Shown: piece by piece, positions 46,750 through 55,832 of the stretch
Position numbering within the stretch: the stretch's first letter is position 1
Layout of the letters: every line of letters begins with the position of its first letter
Assembly: GCA_039933635.1 (NCBI GenBank)
Contig: JBDTNQ010000004.1
Coordinates: 31,880-95,879, forward strand
DNA from: Acidobacteriota bacterium
Lineage (GTDB): Bacteria; Acidobacteriota; Vicinamibacteria; Vicinamibacterales; SCN-69-37
Direction of reading: 5' to 3'
DNA: 64,000 bases
Notes under the pieces: generated by a model
Told to the model about the DNA's origin: nothing
Database searches by the model: none
Seen by the model: the letters and a program-made list of their open reading frames with translations, nothing else
Position numbers and translations under genes: made by a program

Positions 46750-48015
46750 ATGGCCGACGACATCCTCGAACTGACCGTTGAAAAGCCCGTCGCGGGAGGC
46801 CGCATGCTGGCGCGCCACGAGGGGCGGATCGTGCTCGTGGCTGGCGCGATTCCCGGCGAGCGCGTGCGCGCCCGTGTCGAACGCCGCGTCAAACAGACCC
46901 TCTTCGCCGCCGTGTCCGAGGTCCTCGAAGCCAGCCCGCACCGGCGCGAACCGTTCTGCAATCCGCGATGCGGCGGCCTGACCTACGCGCACGTGGCGAT
47001 CGCGTACCAGCCGGTGCTCAAGGCCGACGTCGTGTCCGACGCATTCAGGCGCATTGCCGGCGTGACGGTTGCGCCGCCGATCGTGTGGCCATCGCCCGAG
47101 GAGGGCTACCGCCTGCGCGCCCGGCTGCATCTGCAGGGTGGCCAGGCCGGATTCCTGCTCGAGGGTTCGCACAGCCTGTGCGATGCCGCCGCGACCCGGC
47201 AGTTGCGAGATGCGGTTCTCCCTGCCGTGGAGGCGCTACTGAGCGCGCTTGGGCCCGCGCGCAGCCTCTGCGACGCTGTCACCGTGTCTGAGAACGTGAA
47301 CGGCAGCGAGTGCGTGTGCCATCTCGAACTGAGGGAAGGGGCGCGGCTCGGTCACGTGGACGTGGTCCTTCCGGCGGGTGTGACGGGCGTGACCGCGCAA
47401 ACAGGCCGTCGCGTGAGCGTCGTCGCTGGACAGCCGACGATCACCGAGCGTGCGTCCGGTCTGTTTCCCCGCGGGAGTCCGATCGCTCCGTCGACGCAGT
47501 GGACGCGATCGGCCGCGGCGTTCTTTCAGGGCAATCGGTTTCTCACCGGTGATCTGGTCGCGCTCGTCCTGTCGCAGGCGCAGGGGGGGCGCGCTATCGA
47601 TGCCTATGCCGGCGTCGGGCTCTTTGCCGTGGCGCTCGCGGCGCGCGGGCTGGCCGTGACGGCAGTCGAAGGCGACGCGATCAGTGGTGAAGACCTCGAG
47701 TCGAATGCGTCGAGTTCAGTCACCGGTTTCCAGGTCGTGAGAGCCTCGGTCGAGGAGGCCTTGCCGACGATGGGCCCGGGCACGGTCGACACGCTGGTGC
47801 TCGATCCGCCGCGCACCGGCGCATCGCCCGAAGCGCTTACGGCCGTCGTGCGACTCAACGCGCCGCGGCTGGTCTACGTGTCGTGCGATCCGGCCACGCT
47901 GGCGCGCGATGCCAAGGGACTTCTCGGTGCGGGTTACCGGCTGAAATCGGTCACGGGTTTCGATCTCTTTCCCAACACGCCCCACATCGAGTCGGTCGCG
48001 GTGTTCGACCGCTAG
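46750..48015 (+). CDS. TRAM-domain class I SAM-dependent RNA (uracil-5) methyltransferase, RumA/RlmD-like
   Basis: N-terminal TRAM-like region (GGRMLARHEGRIVLVAGAIPGERV), a Cys cluster, DAYAGVGLF, DPPRTG and YVSCDPATLARD. Confidence 0.8.
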   Translation: MADDILELTVEKPVAGGRMLARHEGRIVLVAGAIPGERVRARVERRVKQTLFAAVSEVLEASPHRREPFCNPRCGGLTYAHVAIAYQPVLKADVVSDAFRRIAGVTVAPPIVWPSPEEGYRLRARLHLQGGQAGFLLEGSHSLCDAAATRQLRDAVLPAVEALLSALGPARSLCDAVTVSENVNGSECVCHLELREGARLGHVDVVLPAGVTGVTAQTGRRVSVVAGQPTITERASGLFPRGSPIAPSTQWTRSAAAFFQGNRFLTGDLVALVLSQAQGGRAIDAYAGVGLFAVALAARGLAVTAVEGDAISGEDLESNASSSVTGFQVVRASVEEALPTMGPGTVDTLVLDPPRTGASPEALTAVVRLNAPRLVYVSCDPATLARDAKGLLGAGYRLKSVTGFDLFPNTPHIESVAVFDR

Positions 48016-48020
48016 CACCC

Positions 48021-48704
48021 TCAACGGGCCGCGCGGCGCTTTGCGGCGTCCACGAGCCCCGTGAACATCGAGGAGAACTCCCCGGTCTCCCAGAAGTTCT
48101 CGGGATGCCACTGCACACCCACGCAGAAGCAGGCGCCCGGGCGCTCGATCCCTTCGACGACGCCGTCGGGCGCCATCGCAGAGACCACGAATCCGGGCGC
48201 AACACGATCGACCGACTGGTGATGGCGGCTGTTGACGGCGACGTCATGCGCGGCCCGCGGCCCGATCAGGGTGGCGAGCGCCGATCCTCCCTGAATGCGC
48301 ACGGTGTGTGGCGTGCTGGTGGCGGGCTCTCGCTGACCGTGCACGATGTCGCTCGGACGATGAGTGGGAAGATCCTGCACGAGGGTGCCGCCAGCGGCGA
48401 CGTTCAGCAGCTGGACTCCGCGGCAGATGGCGAGCAACGGCATGTCGCGAGCGATGGCCTCGCGCGCCAGGACGATCTCGTACGCGTCGCGCACGGCATC
48501 GAGCTTCAACGCGGGGTGGCGATCCTCCGCGCCGTAGTGGACGGGATCGACGTCGGCGCCGCCGGTCAGCAGCACGCCATCGCACTCGTCGAGGACATCG
48601 GGTACGCGATCAACGGCGGGATTGAGGACACGCGGGGTGGCGCCGGCGCGCTCGAGGGACGTCAGGTAGTCTGGCTGAGGCCAGGCAACCGCGATGCGTG
48701 GCAT
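48021..48704 (-). CDS. Gamma-glutamyl-gamma-aminobutyrate hydrolase family (class I glutamine amidotransferase-like, peptidase C26)
   Basis: ORF trimmed to ATG 48704. Contains GVLLTGGADVDP, LLAICRGVQLLN and VQWHPE. Confidence 0.8.
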   Translation of the reverse strand: MPRIAVAWPQPDYLTSLERAGATPRVLNPAVDRVPDVLDECDGVLLTGGADVDPVHYGAEDRHPALKLDAVRDAYEIVLAREAIARDMPLLAICRGVQLLNVAAGGTLVQDLPTHRPSDIVHGQREPATSTPHTVRIQGGSALATLIGPRAAHDVAVNSRHHQSVDRVAPGFVVSAMAPDGVVEGIERPGACFCVGVQWHPENFWETGEFSSMFTGLVDAAKRRAAR

Positions 48705-48706
48705 GG

Positions 48707-50710
48707 CTACATTCTGCCGGGAACCCGGCACCCCATCAAATCGAGCGCGACGGTGAGCTGGCGACGCGCGTAGACGACGGCGGCCGCGCGCCACAGTCGC
48801 GGGTCCTCGCGTTCCTCCTTGAGGATCTGTTGGCGATGGTAGAACGCGTTGAAGGTCTGGGCGAGACTGAACGCGTGCTTGGCGACGAGCGACAATTCCA
48901 GCGAGCGGATGGCGGTATCGACGATGTCGTCGAGGCGCGCGGCCTCGAGCACGAGGCCCCAAAGCTCGTCGGCGTCCTCGCCTGTGTTGATCGCCGCGCG
49001 ATCCAGGGGCGCCAGACGATCGGCGATGGAGTCGGGATCGACGTGATCGCGATCCTTCAGCTTCGCGAGGATGTTGCCGGCGCGCACGGTCGCGTACTGG
49101 ATGTACGGGCCGGTCTCGCCCTCGAAGCTGAGCGCCTCATCGATATCGAACGCGATGATCTTGGTCCGCGTGAACTTCACCAGAAAGTAGCGCACGGCGG
49201 CGATCGCGATGGCCTCCGCGGTGCGTCGTCGCTCCTCGGGGGCGAGGTCGGGATTGCGCGCCGTCACTTCCTTTAGCGCGGAGTCGACGAGCCGGTCGAT
49301 CAGGTCGTCAGCCTTGACGCCGAGCCCCTTGCGGCCGGAAACCTCGACGAACGGCTTGCCGCTGCTTTCGTCCGCCTGATAGCCCAGCGCCCGAGCCGTG
49401 GCGTGCGTGAGGGCGACCATTTCATAGGAGAAGTGGGTTGAACCTTCAGCTTCCTTCGGGAAGCCAATGGTCGTCAGCGCCTGCTTCAGGAGTTGTTGAA
49501 GATAGGCCTGGCGGGAATCGATGACGTTGTAGACGGCCGACGCGCGGCCAAAGGGCGGCGCTCCGGCATCCTGCCCCGGCGTTGACGTCGTCGCCCAGAG
49601 CGGTCGTCCATCAGGGCGCATCGTGAACACGCGGTAGTGGAAGTCCTTGCCGAGCAGGCCGAACTTCCAGAACTGGTTTGCGATGTCCTTGCCGACGTAT
49701 GTCACCGTGCCGTTGGAGCGGACGATGACTTTTTCCTTTTGTTCCGGATCGTCTTCCGAACCCTCGTCGGAATCGGGGGAGCCGCTGGCGCCTTCGATTG
49801 GCATGACCCAGCAGCCGGCGAGCCGCCCCTCGGTCTGGCGTGACACCGCCCCGCGCGCCTTGAGCTGTTCGAAGGCGGTCGCCCAGAATTGCAGGCGCAG
49901 GATGTCGCCCTCCCAGGTGAGGAGATCGTAGTCAACGTTCATCCGCGCCATCGTCCGCAGGTGGCAGCGGACAACGCAATCGGCGACGACCGCGCCCATC
50001 GCCGCCAGGTCGTTCCCGCCGTGCTCGATGGCGTGCATGGTCTGGCCGCGGATCTCGAGGCGGGCCTTGTCGGCGGCGTACCACTCGGTCACCTTGGCGT
50101 AGAGATCCCAGCAGTAGTAGTCGAAACGCACGGCGGGATCGGCGGCCAGCGCGGTCACGGATTCGAGCGTGCGTCCTTCCAGGTGGATGAAGCCGGCCAC
50201 GACGTCGGCGACCTGGACGCCCGTGTCGTCGATGTAGTTCTGGACTTCGACCGTCTTCTGCTGGAAGCGCAGGAGACGGACCAACGTGTCGCCCAGCGCC
50301 GAGTTTCGGAGGTGGCCGACGTGCGCTGCCTTGTTCGGGTTGATGGCCGTGTGCTCGACGATGACCTTCGGGCCTGTGGCCGACGGATCAACGGGCGGCG
50401 TGGTCAGCCACTGCGTGAGAAAGGCGGGCCGATCCAGGAAGATGTTCAGGTATCCGTTCGGCGCCGCGTCGACGCGCGTCACGCCCTCGATGGCGCCCAG
50501 GGCGCCCGCGAGCTCCTGGGCGATGGCGCGCGGGGCCTTTCGCAGTCGTCGCGCGAGTTCGAATGCGACGGGCATGGCGGCATCGCCGAGCGCCCGTCGG
50601 GGCGGCGTCTCGATGACCAGCGTCGGAAGATCAGCGCCGGTCAACCCGAACTGTACGGACAGAACCTGCGTGACGGCGGTGCGAAGACGTGCGTAAACCG
50701 GGAGGATCAT
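48707..50710 (-). CDS. argS: Arginine--tRNA ligase (long form)
   Basis: INPNKAAHVGHLRNSALGD (HIGH region), an N-terminal Arg-tRNA-binding-type domain and a C-terminal DALR-like anticodon-binding region. ATGA overlap with the mobA stop. Confidence 0.9.
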   Translation of the reverse strand: MILPVYARLRTAVTQVLSVQFGLTGADLPTLVIETPPRRALGDAAMPVAFELARRLRKAPRAIAQELAGALGAIEGVTRVDAAPNGYLNIFLDRPAFLTQWLTTPPVDPSATGPKVIVEHTAINPNKAAHVGHLRNSALGDTLVRLLRFQQKTVEVQNYIDDTGVQVADVVAGFIHLEGRTLESVTALAADPAVRFDYYCWDLYAKVTEWYAADKARLEIRGQTMHAIEHGGNDLAAMGAVVADCVVRCHLRTMARMNVDYDLLTWEGDILRLQFWATAFEQLKARGAVSRQTEGRLAGCWVMPIEGASGSPDSDEGSEDDPEQKEKVIVRSNGTVTYVGKDIANQFWKFGLLGKDFHYRVFTMRPDGRPLWATTSTPGQDAGAPPFGRASAVYNVIDSRQAYLQQLLKQALTTIGFPKEAEGSTHFSYEMVALTHATARALGYQADESSGKPFVEVSGRKGLGVKADDLIDRLVDSALKEVTARNPDLAPEERRRTAEAIAIAAVRYFLVKFTRTKIIAFDIDEALSFEGETGPYIQYATVRAGNILAKLKDRDHVDPDSIADRLAPLDRAAINTGEDADELWGLVLEAARLDDIVDTAIRSLELSLVAKHAFSLAQTFNAFYHRQQILKEEREDPRLWRAAAVVYARRQLTVALDLMGCRVPGRM

Positions 50711-51357
50711 GAACCGCCGTATTGTACTCGGGCGTAGTCGTCGGGCGAGTTCAGGTTGGCCAGCAGTCGCTCCGGTGGACCGTACGTTGCCACGTCCGCA
50801 AGCGACATCTCCGCCATGTTCAACACGCTGCGCAGGTCGGTGGCTTTCAGCCGCCCGGCATCAATCTCGCCGCGAAGGATCGGTGCGGCGTGGCGGCGAT
50901 AGCAGGCCAGCAGGGGATCGACGCCGCGCGGCGTGCGCACCCACGCGCCATCATGCCCCGCGCTCAGTTCGACGAGCCCTTGGAGCAGGCCGCTTTCGAG
51001 AAAGGGCATGTCGCAGCCAACGACAATGACCGTGTCAGGGCCGTCGACGGTGAGTGCGGTATAGATGCCGCCCATCACGCCAGCGCCCGTGACGACGTCG
51101 GCGTAGACCGGCAACGGGAGATCGGCGAAGCGCCCCGGATCGTGTCCGACGACGAACACCGGATGTGCCACACGTTGCAGAACCTCGACCTGACGAACGA
51201 TGATGGTGCGTCCCTCGACGACGAGGCGACTTTTGTCCTGACCGGCAAAGCGACGGGCACGGCCGCCCGCCACGATTGCGGCAGCCGTCGTTGAGGCCTC
51301 CACGAGCCGATCATGACAGAGGTCCCTCTTGCACGTCTGCTGCCTGCGAGCCTGCAT
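50707..51357 (-). CDS. mobA: Molybdenum cofactor guanylyltransferase
   Basis: AAIVAGGRARRFAGQDKS...VVGCDMPF pattern. The start is uncertain: ATG 51357 overlaps the divergent gene, and GTG 51303 is an alternative. Confidence 0.7.
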   Translation of the reverse strand: MQARRQQTCKRDLCHDRLVEASTTAAAIVAGGRARRFAGQDKSRLVVEGRTIIVRQVEVLQRVAHPVFVVGHDPGRFADLPLPVYADVVTGAGVMGGIYTALTVDGPDTVIVVGCDMPFLESGLLQGLVELSAGHDGAWVRTPRGVDPLLACYRRHAAPILRGEIDAGRLKATDLRSVLNMAEMSLADVATYGPPERLLANLNSPDDYARVQYGGS

Positions 51358-51918
51358 CAGGCGATTGCTGACGAGCTGCCCCAGCGCCTGGATTTCTATG
51401 AGAACTGGTTGACCGGTGAGGGTCTCCGTGACGGATCGATTGGGCTGGCGCCCATGATGGCCGTTGTCAGCTTCTTGCGGACGGAAGGCGTGGTCTACGA
51501 CGCCGTGATGTCCCGAGCGGGTCTACTGGCGGCCGACTGGACACTCGAGTCGCTGCCGCCACTGCGGAAGCGGTATATCGCGTGGTTGCCGCGGGGGCTT
51601 CGCACGCGCGCCGCGGTGCGCCTTGCGGCGGAGATCGCACGGTCGGTGAGCCGGCTGAGTCGCGTCTCGGCGCGGCTTCGCGGTAAGACAGCGAGGGTCG
51701 AAGTGAAGTCGTCGGTCTTCTGCTCTGTGCGTGAGACCCACGCGACGCCCTTGTGTGGGTTCTACGTCGCGTTGACCGCCCGGGTCCTGAGCCACTTCGG
51801 GATTGCCGCCACGGCCAGCGTGGAGCAGTGCCAGGCCGTGAGCGGCGGACCTTCGTGCATCATCGCCATCGACCTCGGTGCCAGTGGGTCCGCGCCCGTA
51901 CCGGCTATCGCCGCATGA
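51313..51918 (+). CDS. Hypothetical protein
   Basis: Intact ORF with an ATGA-type overlap to the downstream TPR gene. No family recognised with confidence. Confidence 0.45.
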   Translation: MTEVPLARLLPASLHQAIADELPQRLDFYENWLTGEGLRDGSIGLAPMMAVVSFLRTEGVVYDAVMSRAGLLAADWTLESLPPLRKRYIAWLPRGLRTRAAVRLAAEIARSVSRLSRVSARLRGKTARVEVKSSVFCSVRETHATPLCGFYVALTARVLSHFGIAATASVEQCQAVSGGPSCIIAIDLGASGSAPVPAIAA

Positions 51919-53564
51919 TGAGCGTCTCTGCTCTTGTGCCTCGTCTCACCGTTCAAGCGCTGCTGCTGGCCGCCTCCGTGGCGTGGCCCTCGATTGTTTT
52001 CGCCCAGGGCACGCCGGGTTCACGTGTTCTGGTGATGCCTTTCGCGGCCGATGTCGACCCGAAGGCGCCGGGCGGCAGTGGGGCGGCGCTTTGGCTGGGC
52101 GAGGCTGCGTCGATTCTGATCACTGAGGGACTCTCAACCGTAGGGGTTGGCGCACTCTCCCGGGAAGAACGTCTCGCGGCGTTCGATGAGCTCAACCTGC
52201 CGATGACCCCGGCGCTGACACACGCCACGATGATTCGGGTGGCCGAGCTCATCGGGGCGTCCGAGATCGTCTTTGGCGAGGTCCATCTGGGAACGAATCT
52301 GCAGGTGCACACGCGCATCATCCGGCTGGCGGCTGGTCGTGAGACGCCCGCGGTCAACGAGGACGGTCCGATGACGGACATCTTCGAACTATTCGCCCGG
52401 GTCGCCGGCCGCGTGGCCGCGCAGACCGGACGGTCGCGTCCAACGGCCACGGCGCAGGCGCGGCCACTGCCGCTCGACGCCTTCGAGAGCTACATGAAGG
52501 GGCTGGTGGCGGCCACGCCCGCCGTGCAGCAGCGGTTTCTCGAAAGCGCCGCGCGGCAGGCGCCGACCGATCCGCGAATCCTCATGGCGCTGTGGAACGT
52601 GTATTCGGCGCAGGCGCTCCACGAAAAGGCGCTGGGGGCGGCCAGCGCCGTGGCCGGTGAGACGGCACTTGTTCGCCGGGCGCGGTTTGCGGTCGCGCTC
52701 TCGATGATCGAGCTCAAGCGCTACGATGGCGCGTTCCAAGCCCTCACGACGCTCTACGCAGGTGGACACGCCGCGGCCATTTCCAACGCGATCGGCATCG
52801 TGCAGCTTCGTCGGGGGACCCCGCCCGGCGCCGGGGCGCCGGCCACGTTCTTCAAGCGCGCCGTAGACGAGCAGCCCGAGAACGCGGACTACCTGTTCAA
52901 TCTGGGTTACGCGCAGGCTCTTGCGCAGAACGGGACCGACGCCCTGACTTCGCTGCGGGAGGCGGTGCGATTCGATGCTGCGGATGGGGACGCCCACCTG
53001 GTCATGAGCGCGGTGCTCGCGGGCGCGGGACGCGCGGCGGAGGCGCAGCGCGAGTTCGACCTCGCCAAGCTCCTCGGCGCGGAACCGGATCCGGCAGCGC
53101 GGGCGCCCGGTACGCGAATTCCAAGCTCGCTCGAGCGTGTGCCGTCGTCGCCCGACGTCAATCCGCCGCTGCCGCTGCGAACGATGGTGGCCAACCCCGG
53201 ACAGCGGGACCAACAGCAGACCGCGTCATTTCATCTGGCGCAAGGCCGGGCGTTACTGGCGGCCGATCGGGATCGTGAAGCGACCAACGAACTGCGCCGC
53301 GCGATCTATCTGGCGCCGTACGAAGATGAGCCGCACCTCCTGCTGGGGCAGCTGTACCAGCGTTCGGGACGGCTGACCGAAGCGATCGATGAGTTCAAGG
53401 TGGCGCTCTGGTGCCGTGAGACGCTGGCCGGCCGGCTGGCGCTCGGCGCGGCGTTGTTCGAGTCGGGCAATCGGAACGCGGCGAGGCAGGAAGCAAGCCG
53501 CGCGCTGATCCTGGCGCCCGGCTCGGCGGAAGCACAGGCCTTGATGAGGCGAATCGGCGGCTGA
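51915..53564 (+). CDS. Secreted TPR-repeat protein
   Basis: ORF 51753..53564 trimmed to ATG 51915. Signal peptide, an N-terminal globular domain, then several TPR-like repeats (YLFNLGYAQALAQNG..., LLLGQLYQRSGRLTEAIDEFKVAL). Confidence 0.7.
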   Translation: MMSVSALVPRLTVQALLLAASVAWPSIVFAQGTPGSRVLVMPFAADVDPKAPGGSGAALWLGEAASILITEGLSTVGVGALSREERLAAFDELNLPMTPALTHATMIRVAELIGASEIVFGEVHLGTNLQVHTRIIRLAAGRETPAVNEDGPMTDIFELFARVAGRVAAQTGRSRPTATAQARPLPLDAFESYMKGLVAATPAVQQRFLESAARQAPTDPRILMALWNVYSAQALHEKALGAASAVAGETALVRRARFAVALSMIELKRYDGAFQALTTLYAGGHAAAISNAIGIVQLRRGTPPGAGAPATFFKRAVDEQPENADYLFNLGYAQALAQNGTDALTSLREAVRFDAADGDAHLVMSAVLAGAGRAAEAQREFDLAKLLGAEPDPAARAPGTRIPSSLERVPSSPDVNPPLPLRTMVANPGQRDQQQTASFHLAQGRALLAADRDREATNELRRAIYLAPYEDEPHLLLGQLYQRSGRLTEAIDEFKVALWCRETLAGRLALGAALFESGNRNAARQEASRALILAPGSAEAQALMRRIGG

Positions 53565-53569
53565 TCGCC

Positions 53570-54274
53570 GTGCTAACATCTCGCCACGCGATCATGGCGA
53601 ATCCAAATATTCGCGAAATCCAGGTGAGTGCGAAGCAACTCGTCTTCCTCTTCATGGCGTCGGTCGTCCTCGCCGTGGCAGTGTTCCTGCTCGGCGTCTC
53701 CGTCGGACGCGGCGTGCGCGACAAGACGGGTGGCGCGCCGACTCCCATGACCGAGTCCGCGGCGAACGCGACACCGTCCGCGCCCTTGGGACCGGTGCCG
53801 CCCCCGACCGAAATGCCGCCACTCAAATATCCGGAGCTGTCGAAGGGTGATGGCTCCACGGTCGGCGGTAGCAGCGCCAAGGCCGAAACGCCCCAGGGGC
53901 TGCCGCCATCGGCCGACGTGCCGGATGTCAGCGAACCAGCGGCGCCGGTGGCAAAGGAACCCAAGGCTGCCACGCCGGCTCCGGTCGTGCCCAAGCCTGA
54001 TACGGCGAAACCCGTTGCGAAGCCGGCCGAACTGCCCGCGTCTCCGAAATCCGGATCGGGTTGGAGTGTGCAAATCAACGCGTTCCGATCGCGCGAGAAT
54101 GCCGACAAGCAGGTCGCGGCGCTCAAGACCAAAGGCTACCCGGCGTTCGTCGCACCGGCGCAGACGGGCGGTCTGTTTCGCGTCCGGGTCGGTCCCTATC
54201 CCGAACGCGCCGAAGCGGATCGCACCGCCGGGAAGTTGAAGCAAGAAGGGTTCACGCCGTCGGTTATCCGCTAG
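53570..54274 (+). CDS. SPOR-domain peptidoglycan-binding protein
   Basis: TM anchor, a Pro/Ala-rich linker and a C-terminal SPOR domain (WSVQINAFRSRENADKQVAALKTKGYPAFV...FRVRVGPYPERAEADRTAGKLK). The start is GTG 53570 or ATG 53594. Confidence 0.8.
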   Translation: MLTSRHAIMANPNIREIQVSAKQLVFLFMASVVLAVAVFLLGVSVGRGVRDKTGGAPTPMTESAANATPSAPLGPVPPPTEMPPLKYPELSKGDGSTVGGSSAKAETPQGLPPSADVPDVSEPAAPVAKEPKAATPAPVVPKPDTAKPVAKPAELPASPKSGSGWSVQINAFRSRENADKQVAALKTKGYPAFVAPAQTGGLFRVRVGPYPERAEADRTAGKLKQEGFTPSVIR

Positions 54275-55770
54275 TTCTCCTGTCCGGTCTTCTGTTCGCG
54301 GCGAGCTTCCCGAAGTTCGGTTACCCTGCGTTCGCCTGGATTGCGTTGGCGCCTGCGATCGTCGCCATCGCCACGTCCGCGACGTCCAGCACGGGGAGTC
54401 GCGCCGCGGCCCTGGGCTTTGCGATGGGGCTCGTCTACTTTGGGGGCACCGTCTACTGGGTCGCCGAAGTCATGCACCGGTACGGCGATCTGTCCTGGCC
54501 GCTGGCTGCACCGATCGGTCTACTGCTCGTCAGCTATCTGGCCATCTTTCCCGCGGTCTGGGCCGTGCTCCTCAGATGGGCTGTCCGAAGGCTCGGGGTC
54601 GCTGGCGTCTGGCTCGCCCCCGTCTTCTGGGTGGCCACCGAGTGGGTGAGGGCATCGTTCAGTGGATTCCCCTGGGCACTTCTGGGATCGTCGCAGTCGA
54701 CCGTCGTACCCATTGTCCAGCTGGCCAGTGTCACCGGCGGCTTCGGGCTATCGGCGCTCGTGGCGCTCGTGGGCACGGCGGCGGCGGTGCTCAGCCTGAC
54801 ACAGCGCCGCGGGCACCGCGCGGCCGTGGGCGCCGTGGCCCTGCTCGTCGCGGTCGTCGCGACCGCCGGTGCGTTCCGCGTGTCACGCGGTCGGTTGATC
54901 AGCAGCGGCGAGCAGATTCGCATTGGCCTGGTGCAGGGGTCAGTCGAACAGGATCAGAAATACGACCCCGCGTTTCGCGACGCGATCCTTAGTCGGTACC
55001 TGACACTCTCGCGCGAGGCGATTGCGGCTGGTGCGAACGTCGTGTTCTGGCCCGAGGCGTCGACGCCGGGCTACTTCGACATCGACGACGCCTTGGCGCT
55101 CCCGATTCGACGGCTCGCTGCCGAGACACGGACGCCGTTCATTCTTGGCGCCGACGCCTACCAGCCGCCGATCGACGGCCATCCGGAACAGTTCTTCAAT
55201 GCCGCGGTGCTCGTCGGGTCCGATGGTCGATCCAAACAGACATACAAGAAGATTCACCTCGTACCCTTCGGCGAGTTCGTGCCGTTCAAGTCGTTGTTCT
55301 TCTTCGCGAAGCCCTTGGTCGAGGCCGTCAGCGATTTCAGTCCCGGCACCGAGCCGATCGTGTTCGACGTGGACGGGCGCCGAATCAGCGTTGCGATCTG
55401 CTACGAGGCCATCTACCCGGGTCTCGCTCGAGACTTCGTGGCCAATGGCAGCCAGCTCCTGGCGACCATCACCAACGATGCCTGGTTCGGTCGCTCGTCG
55501 GCGGCCTACCAGCACTTCGAGCAGGCCGGTCTGCGGGCCGTGGAAGAGGGCCGCTACGTCGTCCGAGCCGCCAACACGGGCATCAGCGGGGCGGTCGATC
55601 CGTACGGGCGCACGCTGGTCAGCACGCCTCTCTTCGAGCCCGTTTCCTTGACAGTTGACGTGAGGCTCCTGACTGATCGTACGATCTACAGTCGCACGGG
55701 CGACCTGATCGCCTGGCTCTCGCTGGCCATGACCGCTGGTTTCATCGTGACGGCCTCCCGTCGTCGGTAG
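54061..55770 (+). CDS. lnt: Apolipoprotein N-acyltransferase
   Basis: LLSGLLFAASFPKFGYPAFAWIALAP N-terminus and a C-terminal CN-hydrolase domain (VVFWPE, KIHLVPFGEFVP, ICYE). The coordinates are the full ORF. The first ~65 codons overlap the SPOR gene and look non-coding, so the real start is probably near 54260-54280 with no ATG/GTG/TTG available. Confidence 0.8.
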   Translation: MECANQRVPIARECRQAGRGAQDQRLPGVRRTGADGRSVSRPGRSLSRTRRSGSHRREVEARRVHAVGYPLVLLSGLLFAASFPKFGYPAFAWIALAPAIVAIATSATSSTGSRAAALGFAMGLVYFGGTVYWVAEVMHRYGDLSWPLAAPIGLLLVSYLAIFPAVWAVLLRWAVRRLGVAGVWLAPVFWVATEWVRASFSGFPWALLGSSQSTVVPIVQLASVTGGFGLSALVALVGTAAAVLSLTQRRGHRAAVGAVALLVAVVATAGAFRVSRGRLISSGEQIRIGLVQGSVEQDQKYDPAFRDAILSRYLTLSREAIAAGANVVFWPEASTPGYFDIDDALALPIRRLAAETRTPFILGADAYQPPIDGHPEQFFNAAVLVGSDGRSKQTYKKIHLVPFGEFVPFKSLFFFAKPLVEAVSDFSPGTEPIVFDVDGRRISVAICYEAIYPGLARDFVANGSQLLATITNDAWFGRSSAAYQHFEQAGLRAVEEGRYVVRAANTGISGAVDPYGRTLVSTPLFEPVSLTVDVRLLTDRTIYSRTGDLIAWLSLAMTAGFIVTASRRR

Positions 55771-55775
55771 TGCGC

Positions 55776-55822
55776 CAGAACTCTGGAACCTCAGAACCTC
55801 AGAACCCGGAACCCGGAACCCC
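55776..55822. repeat. Tandem heptamer/octamer repeats (C/T)(C/A)GAAC(C/T), six copies
   Basis: CAGAACT-CTGGAACC-TCAGAACC-TCAGAACC-CGGAACC-CGGAACC, between the lnt stop and the prfB start. Confidence 0.5.
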
Positions 55823-55832
55823 TTTTGTGTCC

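Noticed and set aside
55776-55822. Tandem GAACC repeats (and the 34.1 kb and 61.4 kb repeat clusters) considered as a CRISPR array.
   Set aside because: Repeat units are only 7-13 nt with no spacers of CRISPR size, and there are no cas genes in the window.
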